From the NCBI GenBank assembly GCA_021735245.1, contig JAIPHJ010000006.1, positions 2,610 to 66,609 on the forward strand: a stretch of 64,000 nucleotides of DNA, read 5' to 3'. A program made the position numbers and the translations under genes. The DNA is from Candidatus Bipolaricaulota bacterium (GTDB lineage: Bacteria > Bipolaricaulota > Bipolaricaulia > M55B111). Below the pieces are notes generated by a model that saw only the letters and a list, made by a program, of their open reading frames with translations, was not told where the DNA came from and made no database searches. Shown here one piece after another: positions 1-9,380 of the stretch. The first letter of the stretch is position 1. The number at the start of each line of letters is the position of its first letter.

Positions 1-1219
1 AAGCGTAACCCAGCATCTGCGCCGGGTCCTCTATGTTTATCTCTCCCTGATTTAGAGCTACCTTCAGACCTTCCCAGCTCAACCCGTATCGGAAGAGGTT
101 ATTTGCTTTTAGAACCAGGTAACCCCCGTTAGCCTGGTGAAGTGCTCCGGGTTTAATCATCGTAAAGTCAGTCGACATCATGCCGAACTGGGCTTTTTTC
201 TCGACGGCACCGAATAGATTTGGATAGGTAGCATTATCCTCCGTAACGACGGGAGCTCCTTCCGTATCACCGTTGTTGATCAGGACGTTTGCCCGGTATT
301 TGACGAACTGATCCTGATTCGAGGTGATCTGGGCCATCGCCGCCGGCTGACCGCCGGAATTCTGGTTGGTAAACTCGTCTATATTTTCCAGTATGTCCTC
401 TTTGACGTCGTGAAGGAATTCTACCGCCTTTTCGTTTTCCTTATATTTCTCCTGGAGTTTGCGGAACATCGGATCGAGCAGGAACGATATTGCTTCCTTT
501 TTGAGGTTCTGAATTTTCTCGTTCCGTTCCTCTTCGGCCTCCATTACCTGCTGCATCGTCTCCTGGATCCTGGACTGGAGTTCCTCCTGGCGGGCTTCCA
601 GCTCTTCCCTTCTTTCGTCTTCCAGTTCGCTGAATTCCTGCTGATCCATCGGCTCTCCGTCTTCCGCCTTTGGAACAGTATTGAGCCCGAACGGTGTCCT
701 CTGGAGTATGAATCCTTTTTCTGAGGCTTCGTCCTCGAGTTGCTCGAATAAGTCTTTCTTTTTTTGGTTGAATTGCTTGTCGATTGCTTCCTTCCGCTGT
801 TTGTATTCCCCCGTCTCAAACGTATCGGATACCCCGTCTTCCAGGTGCTCCACTAGTTCGTCCATGTCGTCCTTAAACTCGCAACCCTTGCCCGCTTCGA
901 GCTGGAGATACTGGGGCCTATCCGGATTTTCGAAGTTATGAACGTAGCAGATATCGGGTGGCGCCTCTTCTTCCTTGCTTACCTTCTCGAGAAATTTATT
1001 TACCGCGGAATTCTTCCCGGTTCCCGGTTGACCCGCCACGTAGATGTTATAGCGGTTTTCGTCGTCTTTCACTCCCAGTCCCAGTTCGATGGCATCTAAA
1101 GCTCTATCCTGTCCTATTATCTCCTTTAACGGTTCTAGCTCTTCTGTCGTCTCAAAAGAAAAATTATCCGGCGAACAGGTTCTTCTTAAATCTGAACTTC
1201 CAAGTTCTCTTGTCATCAT
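1..1219 (-). CDS. Lon-like AAA+ ATP-dependent protease, N-terminal ~406 codons (gene continues beyond the window start)
   Basis: Not in the ORF track because it has no stop inside the window. My manual minus-strand translation from ATG-ATG at 1219-1214 (AGGAGG at 1224-1229) stays open to base 1: MMTRELGSSDLRRTCSPDNFSFETTEELEPLKEIIGQDRALDAIELGL..YVAGQPGTGKNSAV (Walker A)..KPGALHQANGGYLVL. Resembles LonB-like/COG1067 proteases as I recall them. The + strand ORFs 410-1389 are antisense shadows. Confidence 0.75.
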   Translation of the reverse strand, partial: MMTRELGSSDLRRTCSPDNFSFETTEELEPLKEIIGQDRALDAIELGLGVKDDENRYNIYVAGQPGTGKNSAVNKFLEKVSKEEEAPPDICYVHNFENPDRPQYLQLEAGKGCEFKDDMDELVEHLEDGVSDTFETGEYKQRKEAIDKQFNQKKKDLFEQLEDEASEKGFILQRTPFGLNTVPKAEDGEPMDQQEFSELEDERREELEARQEELQSRIQETMQQVMEAEEERNEKIQNLKKEAISFLLDPMFRKLQEKYKENEKAVEFLHDVKEDILENIDEFTNQNSGGQPAAMAQITSNQDQFVKYRANVLINNGDTEGAPVVTEDNATYPNLFGAVEKKAQFGMMSTDFTMIKPGALHQANGGYLVLKANNLFRYGLSWEGLKVALNQGEINIEDPAQMLGYA

Positions 1220-1274
1220 CAGTCCTCCTTGAGCTAATGTTAAAGGAGGGTACGGGCCAGTTCAATTCGGGTAA

Positions 1275-2597
1275 TCAGCTCTTCCGAACCACGTTGACGC
1301 TATCCAGAGCGAGCGCTGGCGCTTTTAATCCTCCCCCCACCCACTCAGCATCTTTGCCCAGTTCAATTTCTCCTTCCAACAGTTCGTAGACGTTCCCGGC
1401 AATCATCGTATCCTTTACCTTGCCAGTTATTGCCCCGTCTTCTATTTTGTAGGCTACAGAAACGTTATTGGAGAACTCGCCGGAAAGGGTATTACCCTGG
1501 CCCAGCCCCAGTACCTGGTCGACCAGCAAGCCCATGTCTATACTGGAAATAAGTTTCCCCACATTTGTACTCCCGGAGCTTATCGCCAGGGTGGTGGGGC
1601 TAATACTCGGTGGAGATCTGAAGTCGGATCCGCTTATTAAGCCACCTTTAACCCCGTTTCCCGTCGGACGGGTCCCGGCCTGACCCGCAGTTTGAAGATC
1701 GTAGAGGAAACCTTTTACTTTACCATCAGATATTAGTTCCGACCTTTGGGCCGGGTACCCCTCATCGTCGAAACTGCGCCTCGTAGGCGAACCTTCCATT
1801 GAGCCGTAGTCCTCCAGGGTAAAGTTCTCGGCAAAAACATTTTTACCCAGGTCCCCTGTTAGGGGCGAGGTTCCCTGAAATACGTTTTGGCCGTCAAGGC
1901 CGGAAAGCAATGAAACCAGTACGACCAGAGTCCCCCTCGGCGTCAATATCACTGGATAGGTTCCGGACTGAATTTTCGACTCTCTTTCCGCCCACTTGAC
2001 CTTCTGTATTGCTTTTTCCGTCGGCTTATTCAGGTCAAATTGATCCATTTTCTGTGCTACGCACGATTCCCGAAGGGTGAAGATATCGTCTTCCCGGACC
2101 TTTTTTATTTCTAGACCCAGGGAGAGTTTTGTTTTCTCTTCTTCAGTGTCCAGACCGTTAGTATTCGCTATTCTGGTTTTACCCACTGATTTAATTAAAT
2201 CTACGTTTACTTCCAGGTCCGGATCGAAGTCACGTAACCTGGCTATTACCTCTTTTCCGTAGTCAATGAGTGCCTTTGCCGTAAGGTCGGATACTTCCCG
2301 GTCAAATGTATCGACCTCATTGACGTCAGCGGGGCCGGGAAACTCGAATCCCGCTTTCTCGCCGAAACTTGCAGTTTCAGCCGCTCTATCCACTACGCTT
2401 GAACCACCGGCAAGTCTAGTAGTAGTCGAGAAGCCAAGCTTGCCGTCGTTTATAACTCTTAGAGCTGCTCCGGTCGTCTCAACGTGTTTGACGGATTCCA
2501 GCTCCCCCGAGTTAAATTTAACTGGAATCGAGCTGCCCGTCTTCTGAAATACTTCAGCGCTTTCCACTTTTTTGCTCGCCTGGTCCAGGAGTTCCAT
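1275..2597 (-). CDS. pmbA: PmbA/TldE-family metalloprotease partner subunit
   Basis: 440-aa ORF directly downstream of tldD with a 1-nt stop/start overlap (TAATG at 2595-2599). Length and sequence are typical of the PmbA/TldD fold; it lacks the HExxxH motif, as expected for the PmbA partner. Confidence 0.85.
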   Translation of the reverse strand: MELLDQASKKVESAEVFQKTGSSIPVKFNSGELESVKHVETTGAALRVINDGKLGFSTTTRLAGGSSVVDRAAETASFGEKAGFEFPGPADVNEVDTFDREVSDLTAKALIDYGKEVIARLRDFDPDLEVNVDLIKSVGKTRIANTNGLDTEEEKTKLSLGLEIKKVREDDIFTLRESCVAQKMDQFDLNKPTEKAIQKVKWAERESKIQSGTYPVILTPRGTLVVLVSLLSGLDGQNVFQGTSPLTGDLGKNVFAENFTLEDYGSMEGSPTRRSFDDEGYPAQRSELISDGKVKGFLYDLQTAGQAGTRPTGNGVKGGLISGSDFRSPPSISPTTLAISSGSTNVGKLISSIDMGLLVDQVLGLGQGNTLSGEFSNNVSVAYKIEDGAITGKVKDTMIAGNVYELLEGEIELGKDAEWVGGGLKAPALALDSVNVVRKS

Positions 2598-3973
2598 TAT
2601 CTTCCCCCTATCGTAACGTCTTCGATTCTAAGGTGCGGTGAACCGTCAGTAACGGGAAGAGGCATTTGGCCCCCTTTTCCGCAGCCACCGGCTGATCCAA
2701 TGATATCAAGGTCGTTCCCTATTCCCGAGATGTTTTCGAGGGACCTGAAGATATTTCCCGTTAGCACTACGTCCCGCACCATCGGGCCGATCTCCCCGTC
2801 CTCTATTATGAATCCGTGACCCGCGCTGAAGGTAAACTGCTCCAGCTGAGTCTGACCTCCGTAAGCGTCCTTTGCGTATATACCGTGATCGATTGACCCA
2901 ATTAGGTCCTCAAAAGATTTCTCTCCGGCTTCTATATAAGTGTTCGTCATCCGGACTATCGGCTCGTGGCGGTAAGAAATGGCTCGAGCGTTTCCAGTCG
3001 GGTCCTGGCCCATTTTAGCGGCTGTTTCCCTGTTGTGGAGAAAGCTATTGAGCTTTCCGTTCTTTATCAGATAGGTTTTTTGTCTTGGTACACCCTCTTC
3101 GTCGTAAGGGAGATTGCCCCTTCGTCCTTTTATAAAGCCCTCGTCTACCACGTTCAGGCTTTCGGGTCCAAACTTCCTTCCCAGGGTCATTATTTCCTGA
3201 AGTCGGTCGTTTTTGTAGAAATGGTCCGCCTCGCAAAGATGGCCGAAAGCCTCGTGGATAAATACTCCGGCGAGCTTGGGATTGAGTAATACGGTATATT
3301 GCCCGCCTTCTACGGGATCCGCGGATAGAAGTGAAACTGCCTGCGAGGCCACCTCTTCCGCCATTTCTTCCTTTTCCTGTACCAGTTCAAATCCCGCCGC
3401 CTCACCTATACTATCGTGAGCGGTTTGAATGTTGTTTTCATCACCCTTCGCTATAGCAACCAGGGCGAGCGTGACGTCGGGTATCTCCTGGTAAAGTTCG
3501 GTACCTTCGGAGTTTACGTAGTTAAGCTCCCGGAACGAATCGCTGTAGACGGCCCTGGTAGATTCTATACGGTCGTCGTAGTCAAGCATCTTCCGGTTAT
3601 AGTGTTTTACGGTATCACGCTTCTCTTCTAACGACACGTCCCTGAAATCCCTGATCTGGTTTGACCTGATCTCGTCGTTTTCCGGCGGAACTTCTGCAAT
3701 CTTGATTGATTCTTCTAAATTGGAAGAAACCTCCTTGCCTATCTCGTGGGCTTTTTTTGCTTTGTCCGGAATTTCGTCTAAGGAGTTGAACGTCGCAATG
3801 CCCCATCCTCCCTGGACCAGAGTCCGAACGAAGCCCCCTATCTCTTCGGACGAATCTATATTCATCAGTTTGTCTTTTTCGTATTTAACGTTTGTTCGCC
3901 GGGCTTTCTCAATTCTGATTTCAGTGAATTCGCCCTTGCTAACCCTTAAACCTTCTTTAAGTTTTTTGAGCAA
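2597..3973 (-). CDS. tldD: TldD metalloprotease
   Basis: 458 aa with the motif FIHEAFGHLCEADH (HExxxH of TldD). TTG start preceded by GAAGGGGGG. Paired with pmbA. Confidence 0.9.
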   Translation of the reverse strand: MLKKLKEGLRVSKGEFTEIRIEKARRTNVKYEKDKLMNIDSSEEIGGFVRTLVQGGWGIATFNSLDEIPDKAKKAHEIGKEVSSNLEESIKIAEVPPENDEIRSNQIRDFRDVSLEEKRDTVKHYNRKMLDYDDRIESTRAVYSDSFRELNYVNSEGTELYQEIPDVTLALVAIAKGDENNIQTAHDSIGEAAGFELVQEKEEMAEEVASQAVSLLSADPVEGGQYTVLLNPKLAGVFIHEAFGHLCEADHFYKNDRLQEIMTLGRKFGPESLNVVDEGFIKGRRGNLPYDEEGVPRQKTYLIKNGKLNSFLHNRETAAKMGQDPTGNARAISYRHEPIVRMTNTYIEAGEKSFEDLIGSIDHGIYAKDAYGGQTQLEQFTFSAGHGFIIEDGEIGPMVRDVVLTGNIFRSLENISGIGNDLDIIGSAGGCGKGGQMPLPVTDGSPHLRIEDVTIGGR

Positions 3974-4111
3974 GATTCCCCCCTTCTTTTTTAATAAACG
4001 TTAGAGTATTGGTTCGTCACTAACTATAATCAATGTCAACAGTTCGGACAAATTTGGACATAATGAACTATAGAAACCATAAACCATTGCCATAGCGGGA
4101 GGTTAAACGGT

Positions 4112-5074
4112 TTGGAACTCTTTTTGGACTCTTTTCTTGTCGTCGGTCGGGCTTTACTGCGAATATTTTTTCTTGGTCTGGCAGGATTTTTTCTATCCCG
4201 GTTCGGGTGGATTAGCGAAGAGGGATTCGACGAGGTTAGCAAGATAGTTATCTATTTTACGTTACCCGCGTTAATTTTTTCTAACTTCTTTGGTAGTTCC
4301 CATCTCGCCGAAATAACAACCTGGTGGGTTTATCCTCTAGGTATGGCCACGGTGGTTGGTATCGGCGTAATCCTGGGGCTGGTCGTATCCCGGTTTCTGG
4401 ACTGGTCCGAAAGGAGGCAATTTGGTGCTCTGCTGGGGTTTCCCAACACGGGCTACCTGCCCCTTGCACTTGCTGCTGCCCTGGTTGCTCATGTAGACCA
4501 GGCAAAAGCATTCCAGCTGATATTTCTCTTTACGCTTGGGATGACGCCAAATCTCTGGTCGGTAGGGGTCGCGTTAATATCGGGGAAGATAATTGGTGTG
4601 TGGCAATTCGTAAAGAATACCTTTTCTTCTCCGCCCTTTTTTGCAATTCTGATTTCTATAGGTATGGTTCTGCTGGGCTGGCAGGATTTCGTCCCCTCGC
4701 TGGTAGTCGATACCGCCTCTTATGCCGGCGAAGTTACAGTTCCTTTGATAATGATAGTTCTTGGAGGAATGCTGGCTAAAGTAGATAGCGACGCCCGGTC
4801 GTATCCCGGGGCAATAAGTATATTGTTGTTCGTCAAGCTGGTAGCTTATCCGGTCACGGCGCTGGTGGCTATATTTTTCTTTCGTCCGCCTGAATTACTC
4901 GCTTTTGTGCTATTGATCGAAGCCGCCACCCCACCTGCAACCAATCTTGCAGTGATAGGAAAACACTACGGTTCTGATACCGACTTGTTAAATCAGGGGC
5001 TTGTTTATAGTTATTTAGTATCTATGTTTACCATTCCCGTCTTTATTTCACTGTTAAGGTTGGTATACTCCTAG
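4112..5074 (+). CDS. AEC (auxin efflux carrier) family membrane transporter
   Basis: 320 aa, about 10 hydrophobic segments. N- and C-terminal halves are typical of the AEC 'membrane transport protein' family. TTG start; ends in TAG. Confidence 0.7.
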   Translation: MELFLDSFLVVGRALLRIFFLGLAGFFLSRFGWISEEGFDEVSKIVIYFTLPALIFSNFFGSSHLAEITTWWVYPLGMATVVGIGVILGLVVSRFLDWSERRQFGALLGFPNTGYLPLALAAALVAHVDQAKAFQLIFLFTLGMTPNLWSVGVALISGKIIGVWQFVKNTFSSPPFFAILISIGMVLLGWQDFVPSLVVDTASYAGEVTVPLIMIVLGGMLAKVDSDARSYPGAISILLFVKLVAYPVTALVAIFFFRPPELLAFVLLIEAATPPATNLAVIGKHYGSDTDLLNQGLVYSYLVSMFTIPVFISLLRLVYS

Positions 5075-5230
5075 ATAAACCGGGGTTTTGTTTACCGGGT
5101 GAATAATGAACGATGGAACGCCTGGACTAAAGAAATCGCTTGAATCGCGCTATCCCCGCTCATAGGGCGGGGGATTCTGTGAACTATTCTAAATATAAAC
5201 CTGTAGAGGTGAGTTAGGTAACGGTTTACC

Positions 5231-5728
5231 ATGGCGATATTCGGATTAGTTGTATTTCTTATCATAGCGATTTTGGGCCTCGTTGTAATTCCTTTGGGAA
5301 TTCCGGGTACAATTATTATTGCTGGTTCGACAGTAATTGTCGGACTTACCAGCGGATGGCAGGTCATTACTGTTACTAGATTGTTGCTTTTCTTCGGCCT
5401 GGCGGTTGTTGCCGAATTGATTGATCTAGCCCTGGGGATCTTCGGAAGTAGAAGTTTTGGAGCCAGCAAAATTAGCATGGTCGGGGCCTTTATGGGAGGG
5501 TTAGTAGGTGCTTTCCTCGGACTTCCTCTGCCGATCATTGGTAACCTTGTTGGTGCCTTCGTCGGAGCGTTTCTTGGGGCGTTTTTACTGGAATCTTTGT
5601 TTACAGGAGATGTTAACCGGGGCATTAAAAGTGGGTTCGGTGCGTTTTTCGGTAGGGTGATTGGGTCCCTGGTTAAAGTGGCCCTTGGAGTCTCGATAAT
5701 AGTAATGGTCGTATTTGCGGTGGTCTGA
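5231..5728 (+). CDS. DUF456-family small integral membrane protein
   Basis: 165 aa, Gly/Ala/Leu-rich, four hydrophobic helices. The N-terminus MAIFGLVVFLIIAILGLVVIPLGIPGT resembles DUF456 proteins as I recall them. Confidence 0.55.
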   Translation: MAIFGLVVFLIIAILGLVVIPLGIPGTIIIAGSTVIVGLTSGWQVITVTRLLLFFGLAVVAELIDLALGIFGSRSFGASKISMVGAFMGGLVGAFLGLPLPIIGNLVGAFVGAFLGAFLLESLFTGDVNRGIKSGFGAFFGRVIGSLVKVALGVSIIVMVVFAVV

Positions 5729-5807
5729 AGTATTCTTCCCCGGTTGCGGAAGCCTGCAGGACCTAACTTGAGAATAGAATCTTTCAGTTAAAGGAGGTTG
5801 GACTTTA

Positions 5808-6611
5808 ATGGATATGAATAGTTTAAACTTAAAAGATTATAGTTCTTTTTTTGTAGATATGGACGGAGTAATTGTCATGCACGACCAGAGAGTTCCGGGT
5901 TCGGTGGATAGCTTGAGCCAGCTTGCGAATTTTGGTGATATTTACGTACTTTCAAATAACTCCACCAGAACCAGGAAGAGATTCGCAAAAAATTTGGCCG
6001 GCCTGGGAATCGACCTTCCCGCAAGTTCAATAATCAATAGCGCATTCGTCCTCGCTAAGTATTTGCGGGAGCTTAAAGGTGCCACGAAAGCTTTCGTGGT
6101 CGGCGAGGAGGGGCTGGATAAAGAACTGGAATTAATGGGCCACGAGATCGTCCAACCGGCGGAGGCGGAAGTTATTGCGGTCGGGATGGATAGAGATATC
6201 AATTACGACAAGCTCGACGGCGCTCTGTCCGGCTTACTTTCCGGGGCAGAATTCTATGGGACGAACGCTGATAAGACGTTTCCTACGCCCGAAGGACAGT
6301 CTCCCGGTGCCGGGGCATCGGTGGGTGCTGTCAAGGGAATGGGGTTCGAGCCCGAAAGAATTGTCGGTAAACCATCAAGCGTGGCTGCTGAGGTAGCGAT
6401 GGAGGTTGCGGGCACGGATAATCCCGAGGATTGTCTGGTAATAGGTGACAGATTGGAGACGGACATACTGATGGCCGAAAGGGCTGGAATGGATTCCGCT
6501 CTAGTGCTTACGGGTGTAGAAACAAGAGAAAGCCTTAAAGAGAGCGATATAGATCCGAGCTATGTATTTGACGATCTTTGTGAGCTGGTAGCTTCCAGTA
6601 TTTCGGTATAA
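5808..6611 (+). CDS. HAD-superfamily subfamily IIA hydrolase (NagD-like sugar/nitrophenyl phosphatase)
   Basis: 267 aa with motif I FFVDMDGVIV, a later GKP motif (IVGKPS) and a terminal GDRLETDI motif. Confidence 0.8.
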   Translation: MDMNSLNLKDYSSFFVDMDGVIVMHDQRVPGSVDSLSQLANFGDIYVLSNNSTRTRKRFAKNLAGLGIDLPASSIINSAFVLAKYLRELKGATKAFVVGEEGLDKELELMGHEIVQPAEAEVIAVGMDRDINYDKLDGALSGLLSGAEFYGTNADKTFPTPEGQSPGAGASVGAVKGMGFEPERIVGKPSSVAAEVAMEVAGTDNPEDCLVIGDRLETDILMAERAGMDSALVLTGVETRESLKESDIDPSYVFDDLCELVASSISV

Positions 6612-6640
6612 AGGACGATTTTAGATAATTGAGTTAAGTT

Positions 6641-6685
6641 GACGCGGGAGCAATTTCCTCTAAGGAAATTGCTCCCTTGCGCGTC
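6641..6685. terminator. Bidirectional hairpin between the convergent HAD and nrdJ genes
   Basis: GACGCGGGAGCAATTTCC-tctaa-GGAAATTGCTCCC-tt-GCGCGTC. There is a 13-bp perfect inner stem plus an outer GC stem, lying between stop codons at 6609-6611 (+) and 6695-6697 (-). Confidence 0.7.
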
Positions 6686-6694
6686 CAGGCTAAG

Positions 6695-9337
6695 TTAGCT
6701 TATTGAACAGGTACTCCAGCCACACTCTACACATTTATTGCAGCCACCTTCGTGAATTACCTGCCCCCCACAATCCGGGCATTCATCTAGTTCTTCGACC
6801 TGATTAAGCGGGTGGGTGTCGTCGTCTTCCAGAAGGTCCTTGTTCTGTGGTTTGTCGCTCCTTAAGGATTCGGAAAAATTCTGAGTCTCCCAGTATTTAT
6901 CCCCTTCGGGAGTATTGGCGAACTCTTCCTCCAGGAAGTTCTTAACGTAGTCACTGGGCTCTAAGTTTCTTTCCTTGGCGTTTTCTCCATCCATGTTCAG
7001 TACCTGGCGGGATTTCGATCCGTCTCTATAGACGGTAAGTCCCTTCAGACCAAGCTTGTGGGCAAGCATAAAGGCGTTGAGTATATCGTCCGGGGTAGCG
7101 CTGCTTGGCATGTTGATTGTTTTAGAAATGGATGCTGTAACCCAATCCTGCCAGGAAGCCTGAGCCGTGAGGTGGTCCGTGTAATGAATGTCGAGAGCGG
7201 TAACGAATACTTCCTTTAAGTCGTCCGGTATTTCTTCGAGGCCGGCAAGACTCCCGTAGTTCTCGTTTATTTTTTGAAGAAGTTCTTCGCTGTACATTCC
7301 CCTTTCCTTTAAGCGATCCTCGAATACTCCGTTCGCGTAATAGAAGTCACCGGCAGTCACGTTCTTTTCGTAAGCCAGCGAAAACTCCGGTTCTATTCCG
7401 TGAGAGGTGTCTGCGATCATTGATATACTGCCCGTAGGTGCAATGGTGGTGGTCATTCCGTTCCGAATACCGTTTTGCTTGATGGATTCTATTAAGGCGT
7501 CCCAGTCTTTCTGATGTGTTTCTCTTTCGTAGTAGCCGGCAATCGGAATCTCACCTTCCGGATAACTAGATTCCTCGTAAAGCGGGAAGCTGCCTCGCTC
7601 CTTCGCAAGCTCCACGGATTCGTTCATGGAGTAGTAAGAGAGCGATTCAGCGAGTTTTTCCATCTTCTTGTAACCCTGTTCGGAATTGTAGGGAGTGGAA
7701 CTGTCGTAAAGCATATCCGATAGCCCCATTACCCCCAGACCTACCTTTCTGGTAGCCTTCGTAGACTGCTCGATTTTTTCCAGAGGGAAGTTGTTCATGT
7801 CCAGAACGTTATCCAGGAAGCGGGTTGCATTGCGTATTGTTTCTTCGTATTTGTCCCAGTCGAACCCTTCTTCTCCGAGTAATTTGTGAAGGTTGATCGA
7901 GCCCAGATTGCAGGATTCGTATTCGTACAGCGGTTGCTCGCCGCAGGGATTTGTACCTCTAATTTTTCCTTTGGCCGGCTCGAGCACGTTGTATTCATTT
8001 ATCCTGTCGAAGAAAATCATTCCCGGGTCCGCCGATTCCCACGCCGAGTGGGCAATTAGCTCGAGCAAAGCTTTGGGATTCTCGCGGGAGACTACCTGTT
8101 CCGTTCTGGGATTAATCAGTTCGAATTCTGATTTTTCCTCGCTTTTTAGAGACTCCCAGAAACTTTCGACAGTCCCGACGGAGATGTTGAAGTTTTCCAG
8201 CTTGCCTTCCTTCTGTTTTACGTTGATAAAGTCCTTTATGTCGGGATGATCTATATTTATTATGCCCATGTTCGCCCCTCGCCTCTTTCCGCCCTGTTTT
8301 ACTACGTCAGTAACCGTGTCGATAATTCTCATGAAGGATATCGGGCCGGAGGCGACTCCCGAAGTGGAGGCAACGATATCTCCTTCCGGTCTCAAACTCG
8401 AGTAATTTATCCCCACACCGCCTCCACTCTGGAATATCAGGGCTGCATCTTTCGAAGCGTCCATTATTTTTCCCATGTCGTCTTCCATGGGAAGCACGAA
8501 ACAGGCGCTCAACTGACCAAGTCTCGTGCCCGCATTCATCAAAGTGGGGCTATTTGGAAGAAATTTCTGGGTTACCATCATGTCGAAATAGGTTTGCCAG
8601 TCCTGGTGGTATTTGTCGAAGTAACCGTTGTCCATCAGGTCCAGGAATTTCGAAAAGTCCACCTTCATGTGTCCGTCCTCGGCAAGGTTCGAGAAAAGCT
8701 CGGCCATGGACTTGAACGTCCACTGGTTGATCCGGTGGTCGGCGAAATTATACCGATTTCCGTAATCCCGGAACGAGGAAAGATACTTTTTCGTGAGTTC
8801 CCCGGTTACAGAATATCCGCCCTGACGGTCAAACACTCGATCGTCTCTCATCAAGTCGGGAATAGTCACGTTTGTTGCGACCCTTTCGAAGAGTTCCTTC
8901 GGCGACTCTACGATCTTTCCTTCCCCGTCCCTCAGGAGATACCGAGAAGCCAGCACCCGAAGTGCTTTTAGGCTGAATTGTTTTCCGACGCTCCCGATTT
9001 TTGCCCGGTTAAGAAGTTTTTCTTTTTCTCGTCTCTTTTGTCTGTGCTCCTGTCGGTAAAGTATGTACGTTTTTGCAGTCGAGTAATGTCCCTCTTCGAT
9101 TAAAATTTTCTCAACCGTGTCCTGGATGTCTTCTACTTCCGGGAATTCTTCTTCTCCAAATTCCACGTCACCGTATCTTTCCTCCAGGTCCCCGGTTACT
9201 TTTCTTGCTAATTCATCTGCCCGGTTGACAGCTGACGACCCGGAAGCCTGGGCCGCTTTCAATATTGCGTCTCTTATCTTGGCTTGATCAAAATCAACGA
9301 TGGAACCGTCTCGTTTCTTGACTTTTTTTGTTTCCAC
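6695..9337 (-). CDS. nrdJ: Class II (adenosylcobalamin-dependent) ribonucleotide reductase with N-terminal ATP-cone and C-terminal Cys-rich zinc ribbon
   Basis: 880 aa. ATP-cone VKKRDGSIVDFDQAKIRDAILKA; active-site region TNPCGEQPLYEYESCNLGSINL; C-terminal CPDCGGQVIHEGGCNKCVECGWSTC. GTG start with GAGGTGG upstream. Confidence 0.9.
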   Translation of the reverse strand: METKKVKKRDGSIVDFDQAKIRDAILKAAQASGSSAVNRADELARKVTGDLEERYGDVEFGEEEFPEVEDIQDTVEKILIEEGHYSTAKTYILYRQEHRQKRREKEKLLNRAKIGSVGKQFSLKALRVLASRYLLRDGEGKIVESPKELFERVATNVTIPDLMRDDRVFDRQGGYSVTGELTKKYLSSFRDYGNRYNFADHRINQWTFKSMAELFSNLAEDGHMKVDFSKFLDLMDNGYFDKYHQDWQTYFDMMVTQKFLPNSPTLMNAGTRLGQLSACFVLPMEDDMGKIMDASKDAALIFQSGGGVGINYSSLRPEGDIVASTSGVASGPISFMRIIDTVTDVVKQGGKRRGANMGIINIDHPDIKDFINVKQKEGKLENFNISVGTVESFWESLKSEEKSEFELINPRTEQVVSRENPKALLELIAHSAWESADPGMIFFDRINEYNVLEPAKGKIRGTNPCGEQPLYEYESCNLGSINLHKLLGEEGFDWDKYEETIRNATRFLDNVLDMNNFPLEKIEQSTKATRKVGLGVMGLSDMLYDSSTPYNSEQGYKKMEKLAESLSYYSMNESVELAKERGSFPLYEESSYPEGEIPIAGYYERETHQKDWDALIESIKQNGIRNGMTTTIAPTGSISMIADTSHGIEPEFSLAYEKNVTAGDFYYANGVFEDRLKERGMYSEELLQKINENYGSLAGLEEIPDDLKEVFVTALDIHYTDHLTAQASWQDWVTASISKTINMPSSATPDDILNAFMLAHKLGLKGLTVYRDGSKSRQVLNMDGENAKERNLEPSDYVKNFLEEEFANTPEGDKYWETQNFSESLRSDKPQNKDLLEDDDTHPLNQVEELDECPDCGGQVIHEGGCNKCVECGWSTCSIS

Positions 9338-9380
9338 TTTTAGCCACCTCGGTATAAATAAAGTTTATTCATAGCGGGAA

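Noticed and set aside
410-1389. + strand ORFs 410-724, 681-941, 958-1389 and minus ORF 544-819
   Set aside because: All lie inside or antisense to the Lon-like gene, which I could translate without interruption on the minus strand from 1219 to base 1. Their sequences are low-complexity.
8246-8971. 241-aa + strand ORF inside nrdJ, and similar antisense ORFs (7893-8249, 32080-32769 opposite sucD, 36534-37019 opposite the fumarase alpha gene, 46898-47572 opposite mvhA/mvhG)
   Set aside because: Each is fully contained in a longer opposite-strand gene with clear family motifs. None has a recognisable motif or RBS.
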